The notes under the pieces: model-generated | Told to the model about the DNA's origin: nothing | Seen by the model: only the letters and a program-made list of their open reading frames with translations | Database searches by the model: none | Source of the DNA: Balanoglossus misakiensis | Lineage: Eukaryota > Animalia > Hemichordata | Length of the DNA: 64,000 bases | NCBI GenBank assembly: GCA_040954595.2 | Contig: CM082591.2 | Coordinates: 9,289,612-9,353,611, forward strand | Direction: 5' to 3' | In this document: positions 12,427-25,700 of the stretch, one piece after another | Position numbering within the stretch: position 1 is the first letter of the stretch | Layout of the letters: each line of letters starts with the position of its first letter | Program-made: the position numbers and the translations under genes

Positions 12427-15072
12427 TTAAAGCTGCAAGCAGCATTGTCCGGGCCCAAGCTCTATTATCTGATCTGATTATTAACTATGCACATAATTAA
12501 TGAGTAGAAACATAATGCTGTGTTTTATCCCATGAAATATCAAGTTTATATCTATGTTTGGTGTTGATATAGTGTTAAGTAGGTCAAATGTCACCCAGAG
12601 GTAACCCACAATTTGGGCAGAAAATTTTGACCCATAGTGGTCCATGTCCAACAAAAACCAGATCTCTAGCTCTTTTGGTTAGCCCGGAATTAGGTATGCA
12701 CATAAATAATGAGTTAAGCAGGTGTCACAGGTGACCAAAAACTTTGGCTTTTCATTATGGCCCCATACCTCCAAACGCCAAGGCTGTATCTGCCGTGGAT
12801 GTCAAGATATGCAAAAGTAGGTCAAAGGTCACCCGAGGTCACCCAACATTTGGGCAAAATATTTTGACCCCATATTGGTCCATGTATAACAAAAACAAAA
12901 TCTCTATGTCTATTGGTTCATCTGTAATTAGGTATGTGCATATTTAATGAGGTCAGCAGAGGTCAAAGGGGTCATGAAAAGTATCAAATTTTTTTGATCA
13001 CATACAAATCCACATACATCAAAAACCAAACTTATAGCCCTATTGGTTAGCCTGGAATTAGATATGCAGAAAAATGATGCGTCAAAAGTAGGTCAAAGGT
13101 CATTGTCAAAATTACCAAAATATTTACAGCTTATTCTTGTCATATGATGATTCATATCCTTAAGAAGAATTTCTGTGCTATCAATTTTTAGGCAAGAAAG
13201 GGAATTTTTACTTTTTAATCGTTTTTCACAACATCCAATATGGCCGCCATAATCTTCGACCAATCACATTCCTCTCAGCAAACTTGATAGACATCTGTTT
13301 AATGACCACACACACCAAATCTTGTGACTCGGTTATTGCCGGTTCTTGAGAAGAAGATTTTTGAAATTTTACTAGGGTTTTTCGAAAATCCAATATGGCC
13401 GCCAAAATCTTCGACCAATCACAATGATCTTCGCAAACTTGATAGACATCAGGTAGGTGACCACATACACCAAACCCTGTGTCTCGGTTATTGCCGGTTC
13501 TGGAGAAGAAGATTTTTGAAATTTAAGCCAGATTTCAGAAAAAAAATTGTAGCAAAAAACTGCAACTTTGTCAGCATAATTTCCAATTACAAAAATGATG
13601 GGCAGAAGGCAGTCTACCAGCATGCCAAATTTGAAGTCGATCTGACTTGTAGTTTCTGAGATCTGAGATTTGCATTTTTTTAGAAAATCCAAGATGGCTG
13701 CCAGGTCACGTGACTAATTAAAAATTCAAGGGTTCAATGCACGACTACTCATTGACCTTGACCACTGTAGCAAGTTTCAGAAGTGTACCTGCAGCGGTGT
13801 CTGAGATCTCGTGGGTCAAAGAATTGACACAAGAATAAAGAAAGAATTAAAGCTGCAAGCAGCATTGTCCGGGCCCAAGCTCTATTATCTGATCTGATGC
13901 TGATATAGTGTTAAGTAGGTCAAAGGTCACCCGAGGTCACCCAACATTTGGGCAAAATATTTTGACCCGATACTGGTCCATGTATAACAAAAACAAAACC
14001 TCTAGGTCTATTGGTTCATCTGTAATTAGGTATGTGCATATTTAATGAGGTCAGCAGAGGTCAAAGGGGTCATGAAAAGTAGCAAAAATTTTTGATCACA
14101 TACAAATCCACATACATCAAAAACCAAAATGATAGCCTTAAAGGTTAGCCTGAAATTAGATATGCAGAAAAATGATGCGTCAAAAGTAGGTCAAAGGTCA
14201 TTGCCAAAATTACCAAAATATTTATAGCTTATTCTTGGCATATGATGATTCATATCCATAAAAAGAATTTCTGTGCTATCAATTTTTAGGCTAGAAAGGG
14301 AATTTTTACTTTTTAATTGTTTTTCACAAAATCCAATATGGCCGCCATATTCTTCGACCAATCACATTCCTCTTCGCAAACTTGATAGACATCTGTTTAA
14401 TGACCACACACACCAAATCTTGTGACTCAGTTATCGCCGGTTCTTGAGAAGAAGATTTTTGAAATTTTACTAGGTTTTTCGAAAATCCAATATGGCCGCC
14501 ATAATCTTCGACCAATCACAATGATCTTCGCAAACATGATAGACCTCAGTTTGGTGACCACATACCCCAAACCGCGTGACTCGGTTATCGCCGGTTCTGG
14601 AGAAGAAGATTTTTGAAATTTTGACCAGATTTCAGAAAAACAACTGTAGCAAAAAAACTGCAACATTGACAGCATAATTTCCAATTACAAAAATGATGGG
14701 CAGAAGATAGTCTACCTGCACGCCAAATTTGAAGTCGATCTGACTTGTAGTTTCTGAGATCTGAGATTTGCATTTTTTCAGAAAATCCAAGATGGCCGCC
14801 AGGTCACGTGACTAATTAAAAATTCAAGGGTTCAATGCACGACTACTCATTGACCTTGACCACTGTAGCAAGTTTGAGAAGTGTACCTGCAGCAGTGTCT
14901 GAGATCTAGAGCGACAAAGAATTGACATAAGAATAAAGAAAGAAAGACTGAAAAATTCCAACGAAACCAATAGGGCCCAAGCCTGGCTTGGCTTGGGCCC
15001 TAAAGAAAGAAAGAAAGTAAAATTCCAACGAAACCAATACGGGCCCAAGCCTGGCTTGGCTTGGGCCCGTAA
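12427..15072. mobile_element. Helentron non-autonomous copy B1 (body 12427-13846; right hairpin 15038-15071), containing B2
   Basis: B-type left end AAAGCTGCAAGCAGCATTGTCCGGGCCCAAGC; B-type hairpin TACGGGCCCAAGC..GCTTGGGCCCGTA. Confidence 0.8.
13847..15003. mobile_element. Helentron non-autonomous copy B2, complete (~1.16 kb), nested in B1
   Basis: B-type left end at 13847 and hairpin TAGGGCCCAAGC..GCTTGGGCCCTA at 14971-15002. Confidence 0.85.
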
Positions 15073-16358
15073 TTAAAGCTGCAAGCAGCGTTGGCGGGGC
15101 ACAAGCGGTTCCCATGGTAACCAGCAAATGCCAAGGCTGTATCTGCTGTGGATGCCAAGATATGGGGAAAGTAGGTCAAAGGTCACCTGAGGTCACCCCA
15201 AATTTGGGGAAAACAGTTTGACACTGTACAGGTCCATGTCCACCAAAAACCCAACCTCTACCTTGTGGTTAGCTTGGAATGAAATATGTGCATAATTAAT
15301 GAGGTATTGTGTAAGACTCCATTATGTGCTCAAATTCCCCAAATGCCAGGGCTTTATCTGTTCTGGTACCCATGTCCACAATAATCAAACATATACCTGC
15401 ATTTGTTGGTGTAGTATATTAGACATGTGCATATAATTAAAAAAGCGCTGAAACAATGTGAAAATTGGAGTGCAAAGTTTGCTTCTATACCTATTCAGGC
15501 TATTCAAATACCAAATTAAATTGTGCCTGCATGTGTTCATAAACGTTTAAATATGCTTGACATCCATTAGTGGTATGAACTTTCGCTCGTTCACTCGTAC
15601 AACTATTTTGGTGTTTTTATTATTAGCTCTTTTGTTGATGATGATGACATTAAGTGACAAATGCGTTAAATATGTATTTGTGACAACTTTCTTTCAAGAA
15701 TAGTTGTTCACTGTTCTACCCAGGTGAATACGAGACTATTTCAGTCATTTTGCAGAAATTTATACTGCTTCCAGCTGTGGTCTATCTTTACAGGTACTAA
15801 CAACAATTTCCGTGCCCAATAACAATTGTTTCAGAAGGCTGAATGTTTATGCCTGTACATATATAAATTCACTACAGTGCATACACTGGAGAAATATTTT
15901 AAACTCATTTCTGTATTGAAAACCTTTTGGACGGTGCATACATGTATCTGTGTCATGTATATTTTTCTATAACCTTACCTGATTCAAATAAATGAAATGA
16001 ACATCATAAAAGCAGACCTTTTTGGTAGCTTAATCATAAAATAAGGGATGATCATAATAATTGGAATTCAATAAGGTCAGGTTCATCCAAAATAAGTTTC
16101 AGTGCCACATACATAGTGCAAAGTCCATGAACTGCCAATTTGCCCACCCACTGTATATATAGGCTCCTATACCGCTCAGCGCCACCAACGGAAGAATGGA
16201 GAGAAGAGATTTTCATTCACGTTGATCTTATCATTAGATGTTTGCACCAAAATATAATAAATGAGCAATGATAACGATGGGGAAATTAATTATATGTTGA
16301 TTGAAACATAACAGTCATCGCAAGTGTAACAACGAACTCGTTTATTTGAACGTCTTGG

Positions 16359-16450
16359 GCGGAAGTGACGTACAAAAGAAAGGCAGAATACCAATGTTTG
16401 GGGGCGCTATACCAATTACAGCCACACTCTATACTGAACTACTGGTGAGT
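16359..16450 (+). promoter_or_regulatory. candidate Helentron promoter / first non-coding exon
   Basis: GCGGAAGTGACGT (overlapping ETS and CRE half-site) lies in a locally CpG-richer patch and is followed by a GTGAGT donor near 16445. Downstream are a 26 nt AG/GTAAGT mini-exon (18838-18863) and an acceptor TTTCAG abutting the ATG at 19800. Confidence 0.4.
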
Positions 16451-16821
16451 ATATTTTGTAAAGCCCGTCTTTCGAAAATTAGTTTTAGATAAGCGATCCC
16501 GATGTTTCAAGGCACGAAAGATATATGACACTGTGCGGGAAGATGTTGGGTTATGAGTACTTGATGGCCATCATCGAAGTTTAATTCGATTGTGTGAAAT
16601 TATTGACGATTCTTTTCGATCGCTGACACAGCTGCCTAAAAAGTAGGGTTAGGGACTTAGGGTAAAAATAGAATCGCGACCACCACATGCGGTCTGCAGG
16701 TGAGTTTGTTTTGGTTCTTTCTTGAAACGTGCAGCTTTTTGGATGAAATAATACATTACAGAACCCAGCAAAACTGTAAGTATCTGTGCAAATGGTTCGC
16801 TATGTAATCGAAGGGAAATCC

Positions 16822-16916
16822 TTAGCTGCAATGATTGTAGCGGGTGCTGCTAGGTTGACTGATGCTGCGAACACACCAGTCAACCTAGCAGCACCCGCTA
16901 CAATCATTGCAGCTAA
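16822..16916. repeat. perfect 40 bp inverted repeat with 15 nt loop
   Basis: TTAGCTGCAATGATTGTAGCGGGTGCTGCTAGGTTGACTG (16822-16861) and its exact reverse complement (16877-16916). Confidence 0.95.
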
Positions 16917-17795
16917 TAAACACATTCTCAGTTTTGTACATTTCATATTAGTGTCATTGAGGAAGAAATTGCAGTTATATTAAACCTTGGGAATATGTTC
17001 AAGAAGCAACGAATTGTAGTTTTAGCTGTGAATTGAATAATTCATTTCTATAGTCTATTAGAGGTATATGCATAGATTGCAAATAGTATTGCTGGGTATT
17101 CTTATGTTGCATTTAGACTACAATGCTGCACAAGTAGAATGAACCACAACAAAGTCACCAGGGTGAAGTGTTCATGACATACTGTAAAACAGGTCATTGG
17201 CATGACATGAAATTTTTGCTATATCAAAAGAAGCAACTGTTACGTGAGGATTAATTTTTGCTTGGTTTCATGTCTGTTCGTGTGCCAGTTTAGTTGAGTG
17301 TGTGGCACATATGTGAATGTTGGTATATACAGCCTGTGCACAGTGTATATAATTGCACCATGTGATTGCGTGTGTTTGGACCTTTGCACCTCTTTGATGC
17401 CTGTCCGTCTGTGTGCTAGTTCATCAGAGTGTGGATGCGTGTGTGTAGGTATGTCTATGTATCATGTGTTTGCATCTTTTTCTGAATCTTTGTCTGCATG
17501 TCTTTGTTGATTCATGTATGTCTGGAACTCCTGTCTGTGTGCAAGTTTATCAAAGTGGGTGTGTGTGGCTAGGTATTAGTACTACATGTACCCTTTGTTT
17601 ATGTCTGGGTGTGCACTGTCAGCCGTTCTGGATTGGCTGTGTTGTATATGTACATTGAATGATTTTTGTGTCACTATGCATGGTTCTATTGTGTATGCAG
17701 AAAACAATGTACTTACATGTATTTTGATATGCAGTATTCAGTCTTTGTAAAGGTGTTTGAATGTAAAGTGTGACGATGGGGAATGGGATCACTTA

Positions 17796-18542
17796 GGGAC
17801 CGTTCAGTTTTTACGGCCGGGGGTGGGGGGGGGGTGGGGGGGGGGGATCAAAATCCAGGGGGGTGACTTAAGTCCAAGAGGGGGGGGGGGTCATCTGTTT
17901 TTTTAAATGTTTAGGGGGGTCACATACTTTTGCCACCGAACTTTTGCTTTTGAGTACACAAAATTGCAGTTTCACGCCCTTTATTTTACAAAATTTTCTA
18001 ATGTGGGAGGGGGACACCAACCCCCTCCATTCTCCCCCACATTGCATTTATTCGCTGGTTTGTCTAGTGTACAGGGCAGACTTCTTCCCACCCTACCCCG
18101 ATGCTTCTTTTGAGTGGAGTGGCAAAATTAAAATTTGTCCTCCCTAACATTAAGTTAATTTGCTTTTGAGTTCATTAAAATGCAACTTTGAGCACTGTAT
18201 TTTACCAAATTTTCTTATGTGGGAGGGGGACACCCCCGCCACTTTTCTTTTTTTACCAATTCTACCAACTATTGTATTGGATTGTCATTTTAGTTTGTTC
18301 ATTTAATTTAATGTCTAATTGAGGCGAGAGGAGCCTCATTCCATTTATTGCATACAGTGTACATAGGTTCATGTTTTCGGCATGGGGGGGGGGGGGTCAT
18401 CATATTTTTGGGTCTGTCAAAGGGGGGGTCATCATTTTTTGGTCCTTGGTGAAGGGGGGGTCGGCCTGATTTTGAAAATCGATGACACAAACTTGCCCCC
18501 CCCCCCCCCCCCCCCCCCCCGCCGTAAAAACTGAACGGTCTC
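17796..18542. mobile_element. PIF/Harbinger-type (Tourist-like) MITE with internal G/C runs
   Basis: TIRs GGGACCGTTCAGTTTTTACGGC / GCCGTAAAAACTGAACGGTCTC, with a TTA TSD at 17793-17795 and 18543-18545. Confidence 0.85.
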
Positions 18543-19799
18543 TTATACTGTAAAGATTCTCATGTTATAAGGGTGGTAATTTCAATGACTCCTTTATGAT
18601 GTTATATCTGGCACTGTCTTTTATCTTTTTGTATGTGGTTGTATGTGTTTGCTTTGATTGTATTGGCGCATATACTGTAGTCTGTTATGTTTAGTGAAGA
18701 TAAAGAGGAAATGCCTGATGGAAATAGATGAACTGGATTTTATTCAGAAATGATATGCATGTATTCTGTTGGATTCAGTGGCAAACATGTACACCTATAA
18801 CCAGTAATGATAATTTATATTATTTGCTTTCTTGCAGTTTTGTATAACCAAAGATATCCCAAGGTAAGTGTGTCTGCCATGTGAAGAGACCTTCAGCATA
18901 ATGCACTGCAGTACAGTTCTGCATGTGATTCATTGCAGGTTACTTGTCATAACTCTGCTCTGACACAGAGCTTATCAGATAAGACAATTGTTCATAGGTT
19001 GTCTGTCATGTGTCAACACAAGTGTTCTGTTAAATAACTAGTGCAAATGTGTTTAAATTTTATATGCATGTTTGGCCTTAGTATAGTTTTTGGAAATTGT
19101 GAAATTTGGGTATATAATTAAACCCTCTTAGTATCCAAGTGTCCAATTGCCTTGAAATGTACAGTCACTATGTGTAAATACAACAAATGCCATAATTTGA
19201 GTGGGAAATTTTTGCTGAGCTAAATTTCTTTAATCACGTCCTGTGTGAAAAAAATGTCTATAGTTTTGTTTGAGAATGGCACATGCTGTCTTACTACTTT
19301 GACTTTATTCTATGTGCATGAAGTCAACATATGTTGGAATAGTTTCTACAGAAATGTCTACTTGTCTTACCCAGATTGCAAACAAATATTTCAAAAAGGT
19401 AAATGAGAAGAAAGTGTGATCGGCTGAATCTATGAATCTCAAACTTGGCACAATTATGTGGGCCTATGTAATTTCATGCATAACACTCTTGAATTTTTAA
19501 TTACTCACTGTAATTGTCAGCTTTGATTGGAATTTTCATATGGACCTTATTTATATTAAAATGTGGAATAAAAATCTGTTGACAGTCCTTGTACACTACA
19601 TGTACCGGTATATGGTCAGGATCCCACATGCCAAATTTCAAGGTTGTGGACCATGTCAACAGGTTTATCCGTGACCTTGACCTACCCATAGGCCTATACC
19701 TCTACAGTGAAGCTATCACCACATTTTATTCTGGCATTCTGGTCTGTACAATAGTCCCGGACATTAAAATGTTAACAGTTATGTATTTATTGATTTCAG

Positions 19800-22700
19800 A
19801 TGCCACGCTCTAGGAACTGGAGGAAGAAGAGGAGTCAGATGAAAGAGGATGCTGCCCTCTCAAAAAACAGCTTCGATATGACAGAGGATGCTGCCCTCTC
19901 CAGAAACAGCTTCGATATGAAAGAGGATGCTGCCCTCTCAAAAAACAGCTTCGATATGACAGAGGATGCTGCCCTCTCAAAAAACAGCGACGTAATCAAA
20001 GAGGATGCTGCCCTCTATAATCTCAGCGACAATACCCTTCGGGGTGCCAGCCTTCGGTGTTCGAAGGATCAAAACTGTGAAACTTCCCTTCGGGGTTCAA
20101 ACCTTCGGTGTTCGAAGGGTGAAAACTTTGAAACTTCCCTTCGGGGAACCAATGATTCTAGGGTACCTGCAAATGGTGACATTGTCACTTGTGTTAATGG
20201 AAATTTACAGATTGAGAAAGCAGTTGATATTGCACACAAGAGAAATGACAATGAATGTATTATTCAGAATGTTACCCCGAATGAATTTGTTTTCTCTCCT
20301 GTAACCACCACCATATGCCAAGAGTTATGCTGTAAGCTTCACATAAAATATGGAAATAAAGTTGAAATGCTCGATGAAATTCGTAGTGTTGAAATTGGTG
20401 AACCATGCAATATGAAGTCTATTATCGGTGATGGTAATTGTTTGTTTAGAGCTTTGTCGTATGCCATTAGTGGCAGTGAACGTAACCATGCTGTAATGCG
20501 AAAGGCCATTGTAAACCACATGATTGCAAATGACAGTGCATATTTTGGTTGGCTGGACCAAGACCAAGGATATACATCAGTTGCTGATTATATTGCAAAG
20601 TCTAGAATGAATTGCCTAACAATCTGGGGTTCCGAAAATGAGATCTTGGCCGCTGCCGATCTCTTACAAACTAACATCTATGTGTATAGTTCTGGAACAT
20701 GGCTAATACATTATTGTAATGCAATTAATAAAAGTAATGTTGATAAAGGTGTAGGTATATACCTGAACCATCGCAACAGAGATCATTTTGAAATTGTCAA
20801 GAGTGTAAAGACACGTGAGATGGTAACATCTGACTATACACACATTGAATGTGATGAACTTGTCTCAAGTGAAGGTATGACTAATGAATTCCACAATGAG
20901 GCAGATAGTGGCAGTTGTGTTCCACTAAAGAGTCCATTGGACAAGAAAGGAAATTTCCACTTAAGTGATGAAACTGAAAGTGTTACAAAAGGAAGAGGTA
21001 AGAGACCAGCAATGAGTGAACGATTACGAAAGAAAATCAGAAAACAAAAATATGAATGTAATGAGACCACTGCAAAGAGCTGCAGGGCAATATCTGAATC
21101 AGAATTGTACCACAGTAATTCTCAATATAGAGAGACAAAGAAGTTAAAAAGTAGACAGCATTATCATCAGATCCGAGAAAGTAAGAAACAAAAAATGAAA
21201 GATTTATATGAACAAAATGCCGACTATCGGGACGCCAAAAAGACACAGTCCAGGGTTAAATATGAACAAAATCCTGATTTGCGGGAAGCAAAGAAGGCAC
21301 GCATAAGAGTAAATTACGAACAAAATCCTGATTTTCGGGAAGCACAGAAGGCACGCATAAGATTAAATTACGAACAAAATCCTGATTTTCGGGAAGCACA
21401 GAAGGCACGCATAAGAGTAAATTACGAACAAAATCCTGATTTTCGGGAAGCACAGAAGGCACGCATAAGAGTAAATTATGAACAAAATCCTGATTTTCGG
21501 GAAGCACAGAAGGCATGCGTAAGAGTAAAATATGAACAAAATACTGACTTTCGGGAAGCACATAAAGCACAAATGTCCCAACAAGTATCCCAAAAATATC
21601 ACCAAGACGTAAACTTTCGTGAATCAAAGAAGACACAGAGTATTCAACGATATGAGAATGACCCTCATTACAAAGATAATGTATTGAAGAGAAGCCGGTG
21701 TCAGATGATACAGAATGACATTGACAAGCAAAATGTTCAACATGTTATTGCTAATTTTAGAAATACTGCCTCAGAAGGTCCAAATTGTGTATGTTCAGTT
21801 TGTCATCGTCGACTTTTCAGGAAACAAGTAATTGTTTGCAACAAGGATAAATATTACAGTAACAGAATTACATCTGATATTGCTGTGAAATGTATATCAG
21901 AAGAATATGTTCACGAATGTGCCTCGACATGTATTGCTGACTGCCCTCTCAAGAATAATGCAGCCAGTAAATTGTGGATTTGTTTCACATGCCATAGAAA
22001 ACTTTTACGTGGAGAGATGCCAGTTCAAGCTGTTGCAAACAACCTTCATGTCACATCAGTCCCTCCTGAATTGAAATGCCTCAACTCACTTGAGCAACAT
22101 TTAATTGCATTAAATATTCCATTCATGAAAATGTTGGCATTACCTAAGGGTGGTCAGAATGGAGTTCATGGACCTGTAGTGTGTGTCCCTTCTGATATAA
22201 AGAAGGCTACAAATATTTTGCCACGGAATGAGTTTGATGATCAGATGATAAGGGTCAAATTGAAGCGAAAACTGAGTTATAAAGGTTACTATGAATATCA
22301 GTTTGTAAACAAACGACACATTCAGAATGCTTTGGAATACCTACAGACAAATAATCAGTATTACAGTGATATAACATTCAATATGAATTGGAAAAATACT
22401 CTTGAAAAGACTGAAGAAGTTATTTCAGATGCTGAAAGCGAATCAGAAAAGTCTAACACCAAAAGCAATGATGAAAACAATGAAAAGACCAAAGGAAATG
22501 TTTCAGATACTGAAAGTAATGATGTGTCATCAGACACAGAAGATAACAATGTGTCCAACAAAGATACTAATGGAATATTGATGGACACATGCCTCCAACC
22601 AATTGACATAGGTCAGGATATTCTTGATTATCACTTTGAGGATATATCTTGTGTTGCTCCAGCAGAGGGTAATAAACCTGTTTGTCTGTTGATGGAAAAG

Positions 22701-25700
22701 TTGAATGAAGCTAAGTGCTTTCCTGTGCTATTCCCAACTGGGTCACCCACATTTCACGATGACCGAGAGGTTAGGATAACAATAGGACGATACCTGCAAG
22801 GTCGTGTAATGAATGCAAGTAACAGATTTTCAAAAAGCACAGACTATATCTTTTATGCGCAATATCTGTCTGAAATTAACCAGGTTGTATCCAATGTGTC
22901 AATTGCTTTGAGGAAAGGAACTGCTAATGCTTGTGGCAAAAAAGTGACATCTGATGTTTTAAGTGACAGTGAATCTTTGAAACAGATTTTGAAGTCTGAT
23001 GAAGGCTATAAGTTTTTAAAACCTATAAGAGGAACTCCTCCTTATTGGCAAGCAACACAAAAAGACCTGTTTGCAATGATCAGACAGTTGGGTATACCAA
23101 CATGGTTTTGCTCATTTTCTGCTGCCGATTTACGGTGGAAAGAAGTTATTGAGACTATACTTCGTGGAGAAGGAGATGTACGTAATGCTGAGGATCTTGA
23201 ATGGTCTGAGAAATGTGCTATCTTGAGACGAAATCCTGTAACAGCAGCCAGAATGTTTGATCACAGATTTCATTGTTTTCTGAGAGAAGTCATCATGTCA
23301 CCAGCCAATCCTATTGGAAATATCAAAGATTATTTTTATCGAGTCGAGTTTCAACAACGAGGCTCACCACATACACACTGCCTATTTTGGGTTGAAAATG
23401 CACCAAAGGTTGATAGAGATACTGATGAAGATGTAGTTGATTTTGTTGACAGATATGTAACATGTCAAATGCCTTCTGTTGAGGAGGATGAGGAATTGCA
23501 AGAGATTGTGAATAAAGTTCAGAAACACAGCTCAAGGCACTCCAAATCTTGCAAGAAAAAGGGCACTAGATGCAGATTCAACTTTCCACGACCACCATCA
23601 AAGAAAACGTTCATATGCCGTCCTGATATAGATATAGAAATGACAGGTGAAGGTGAGAAGTCAAACCTTGATGACGATACCGCAACACTTGAAGAGAAAT
23701 GTCAAAGTGACACAACTCAGTTAATTGAGAATGTGATGAGCCAGATGGCTGCTAGGAATATTTTGGAAAAAGTGTGGACATGCCTGCATGACAAAGAGAA
23801 ACAGATTGATTCGGTTGATTCACTGTTTAATGAAGTCAGCATTTCTCAGGAGATGTTTGAGAAAGCACATGCAATTTTAGCAAGAAAGACAAGTGTAGTA
23901 TTAAAGCGTGAACCAAATGATATATGGGTAAACCAATACAATTCTAACCTTCTTCGTTGCTGGGATGCAAACATGGACATTCAATTTGTTGTGGATGCTT
24001 ATGCCTGTGTTGTGTACATTGTGTCATATATCTCTAAGGCAGAGAGAGAAATGGGTTTACTGCTGGAAAATGCACAGAGAGAAGCAAACAAAGAGGGAAA
24101 TGTGGATGCTAAATCTGCACTGAAACAATTAGGCAGTGTTTATCTGCACAACAGAGAAGTAAGTGCTCAAGAGGCTGTATATAGACTGTGTGGATTGAAA
24201 CTGAAGCAATCATCTCGCAAAGTCCAGTTCATTCCAACTGGAGAAACCCCTATCAAAATGAGTTTGCCATTGAGTGTAATACGTAGCAAAATGACAGGAG
24301 ATGATTTGAATGAGGATGATATCTGGTACAATAGCATTGTAGACAGATACAAGAACAGACCAAATGATGACGAGTTTGACGACATGTGTCTTGCGACATT
24401 TTGTTCAGAATATCGAATAGTGTCAAAATCAGAAGTGACAAATACCACCACTGAGAAACGTGCAAATCCAATAGTCAAGTTGGAAAATGGTGCAGGTTAC
24501 ATGCAAAAAAGATCTCGAACTGATCCAGCTGTCATTAGATATGCAAGATTTTCTGTGACCAAATTTCCAGAAAAGTATTACCGCACTATGTTAGAACTCT
24601 TCTTGCCACACTGGGTTGATTCCCAATTGAAACCAAATGGGTTTGAAACATATGAAAATTTCTATTCTGCGGGTGCAGTGAAGTGTGGATCTGCTTCTAT
24701 ACAAACAGTGAAAGTCATAGTAGATGCAAATAAAGCAATGTTTGAGAAAGAGGCTGATGCCGTTGATTTAGCTGAAGAGCTCCTTGAAGGAAGTGGTCCT
24801 CTGGAGGACGCATGGGCCCAAATCTGTCCAGAAAGTGAAATAGACAGATTAGAATGCATTGATGAACGTCAACAATTGCCTGATGATGATGTAAATGAGG
24901 AGGATATTCCAGATTTGGTGCACAAACCAAAAGGTGATTGCCACATAGAAATTTCTACCTCTGAAGTAAGGAGGGCTGATGTTCAAGCAATGTGTAGGTC
25001 ACTGAACAGGAAACAGGCAGAAGTCTTTTATAATGTCAGACAGTGGTGTCTGGATAAAAGCAATGGCAAGAACCCAGAACCTCTTTATTTGTTTGTCAGT
25101 GGTGGTGCTGGCACAGGGAAAAGCCATTTAATCAAAACCATATATCATGAAGCCAAACGAATTCTATCTCGTGTAATGGCTAACCCAGATGAAAAATCAA
25201 TACAGGTAACAGCCTCAACTGGAGTTGCAGCATTTAATGTAGGAGGTGAAACTCTCCATCATGCATTTTCAATAGCAGTAGACTCAAAACTACCATATGA
25301 GCCACTACGTGAAGAAAAACTCAACACTCTTCGTTCCAAATTGGGAAATCTTCAGATTTTAATAATAGATGAGATTTCTATGGTAGACAGAAAATTATTT
25401 CACTACGTACATGGACGATTACGTCAAATCAAACAAACACCAAGTGGTTCACCATTTGGAAATGTGTGTGTTATTGCTGTGGGTGACTTTTATCAGCTGC
25501 CACCTGTGAAAGCAAGTCCACTGTGTGTGGAAAATGATGCCATCAATATGTGGAATAGTTTCAAAATTGTGGAACTCACTGAAATAATGAGACAAAAGGA
25601 CTGTGCATTTGCAGAAGCACTAAATAGAGTAAGAATTCACAAGAAAGGGCACACACTGAGTGCAAATGATCTAGTAATGTTCAATAACCGTGTGACTGGT

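Noticed and set aside
10613-14773. Recurring short ORFs (MKIAPKNCDNF..., MTSYIKFFCY...) as a small-protein family
   Set aside because: They recur only because the non-coding repeat is copied. They appear on both strands, often use non-ATG starts and carry no domain signal.
9521-15380. Simple satellite or head-to-tail rolling-circle concatemer
   Set aside because: Units lack their right hairpin at the junctions. The missing ends reappear later in bracket order, which fits nesting.
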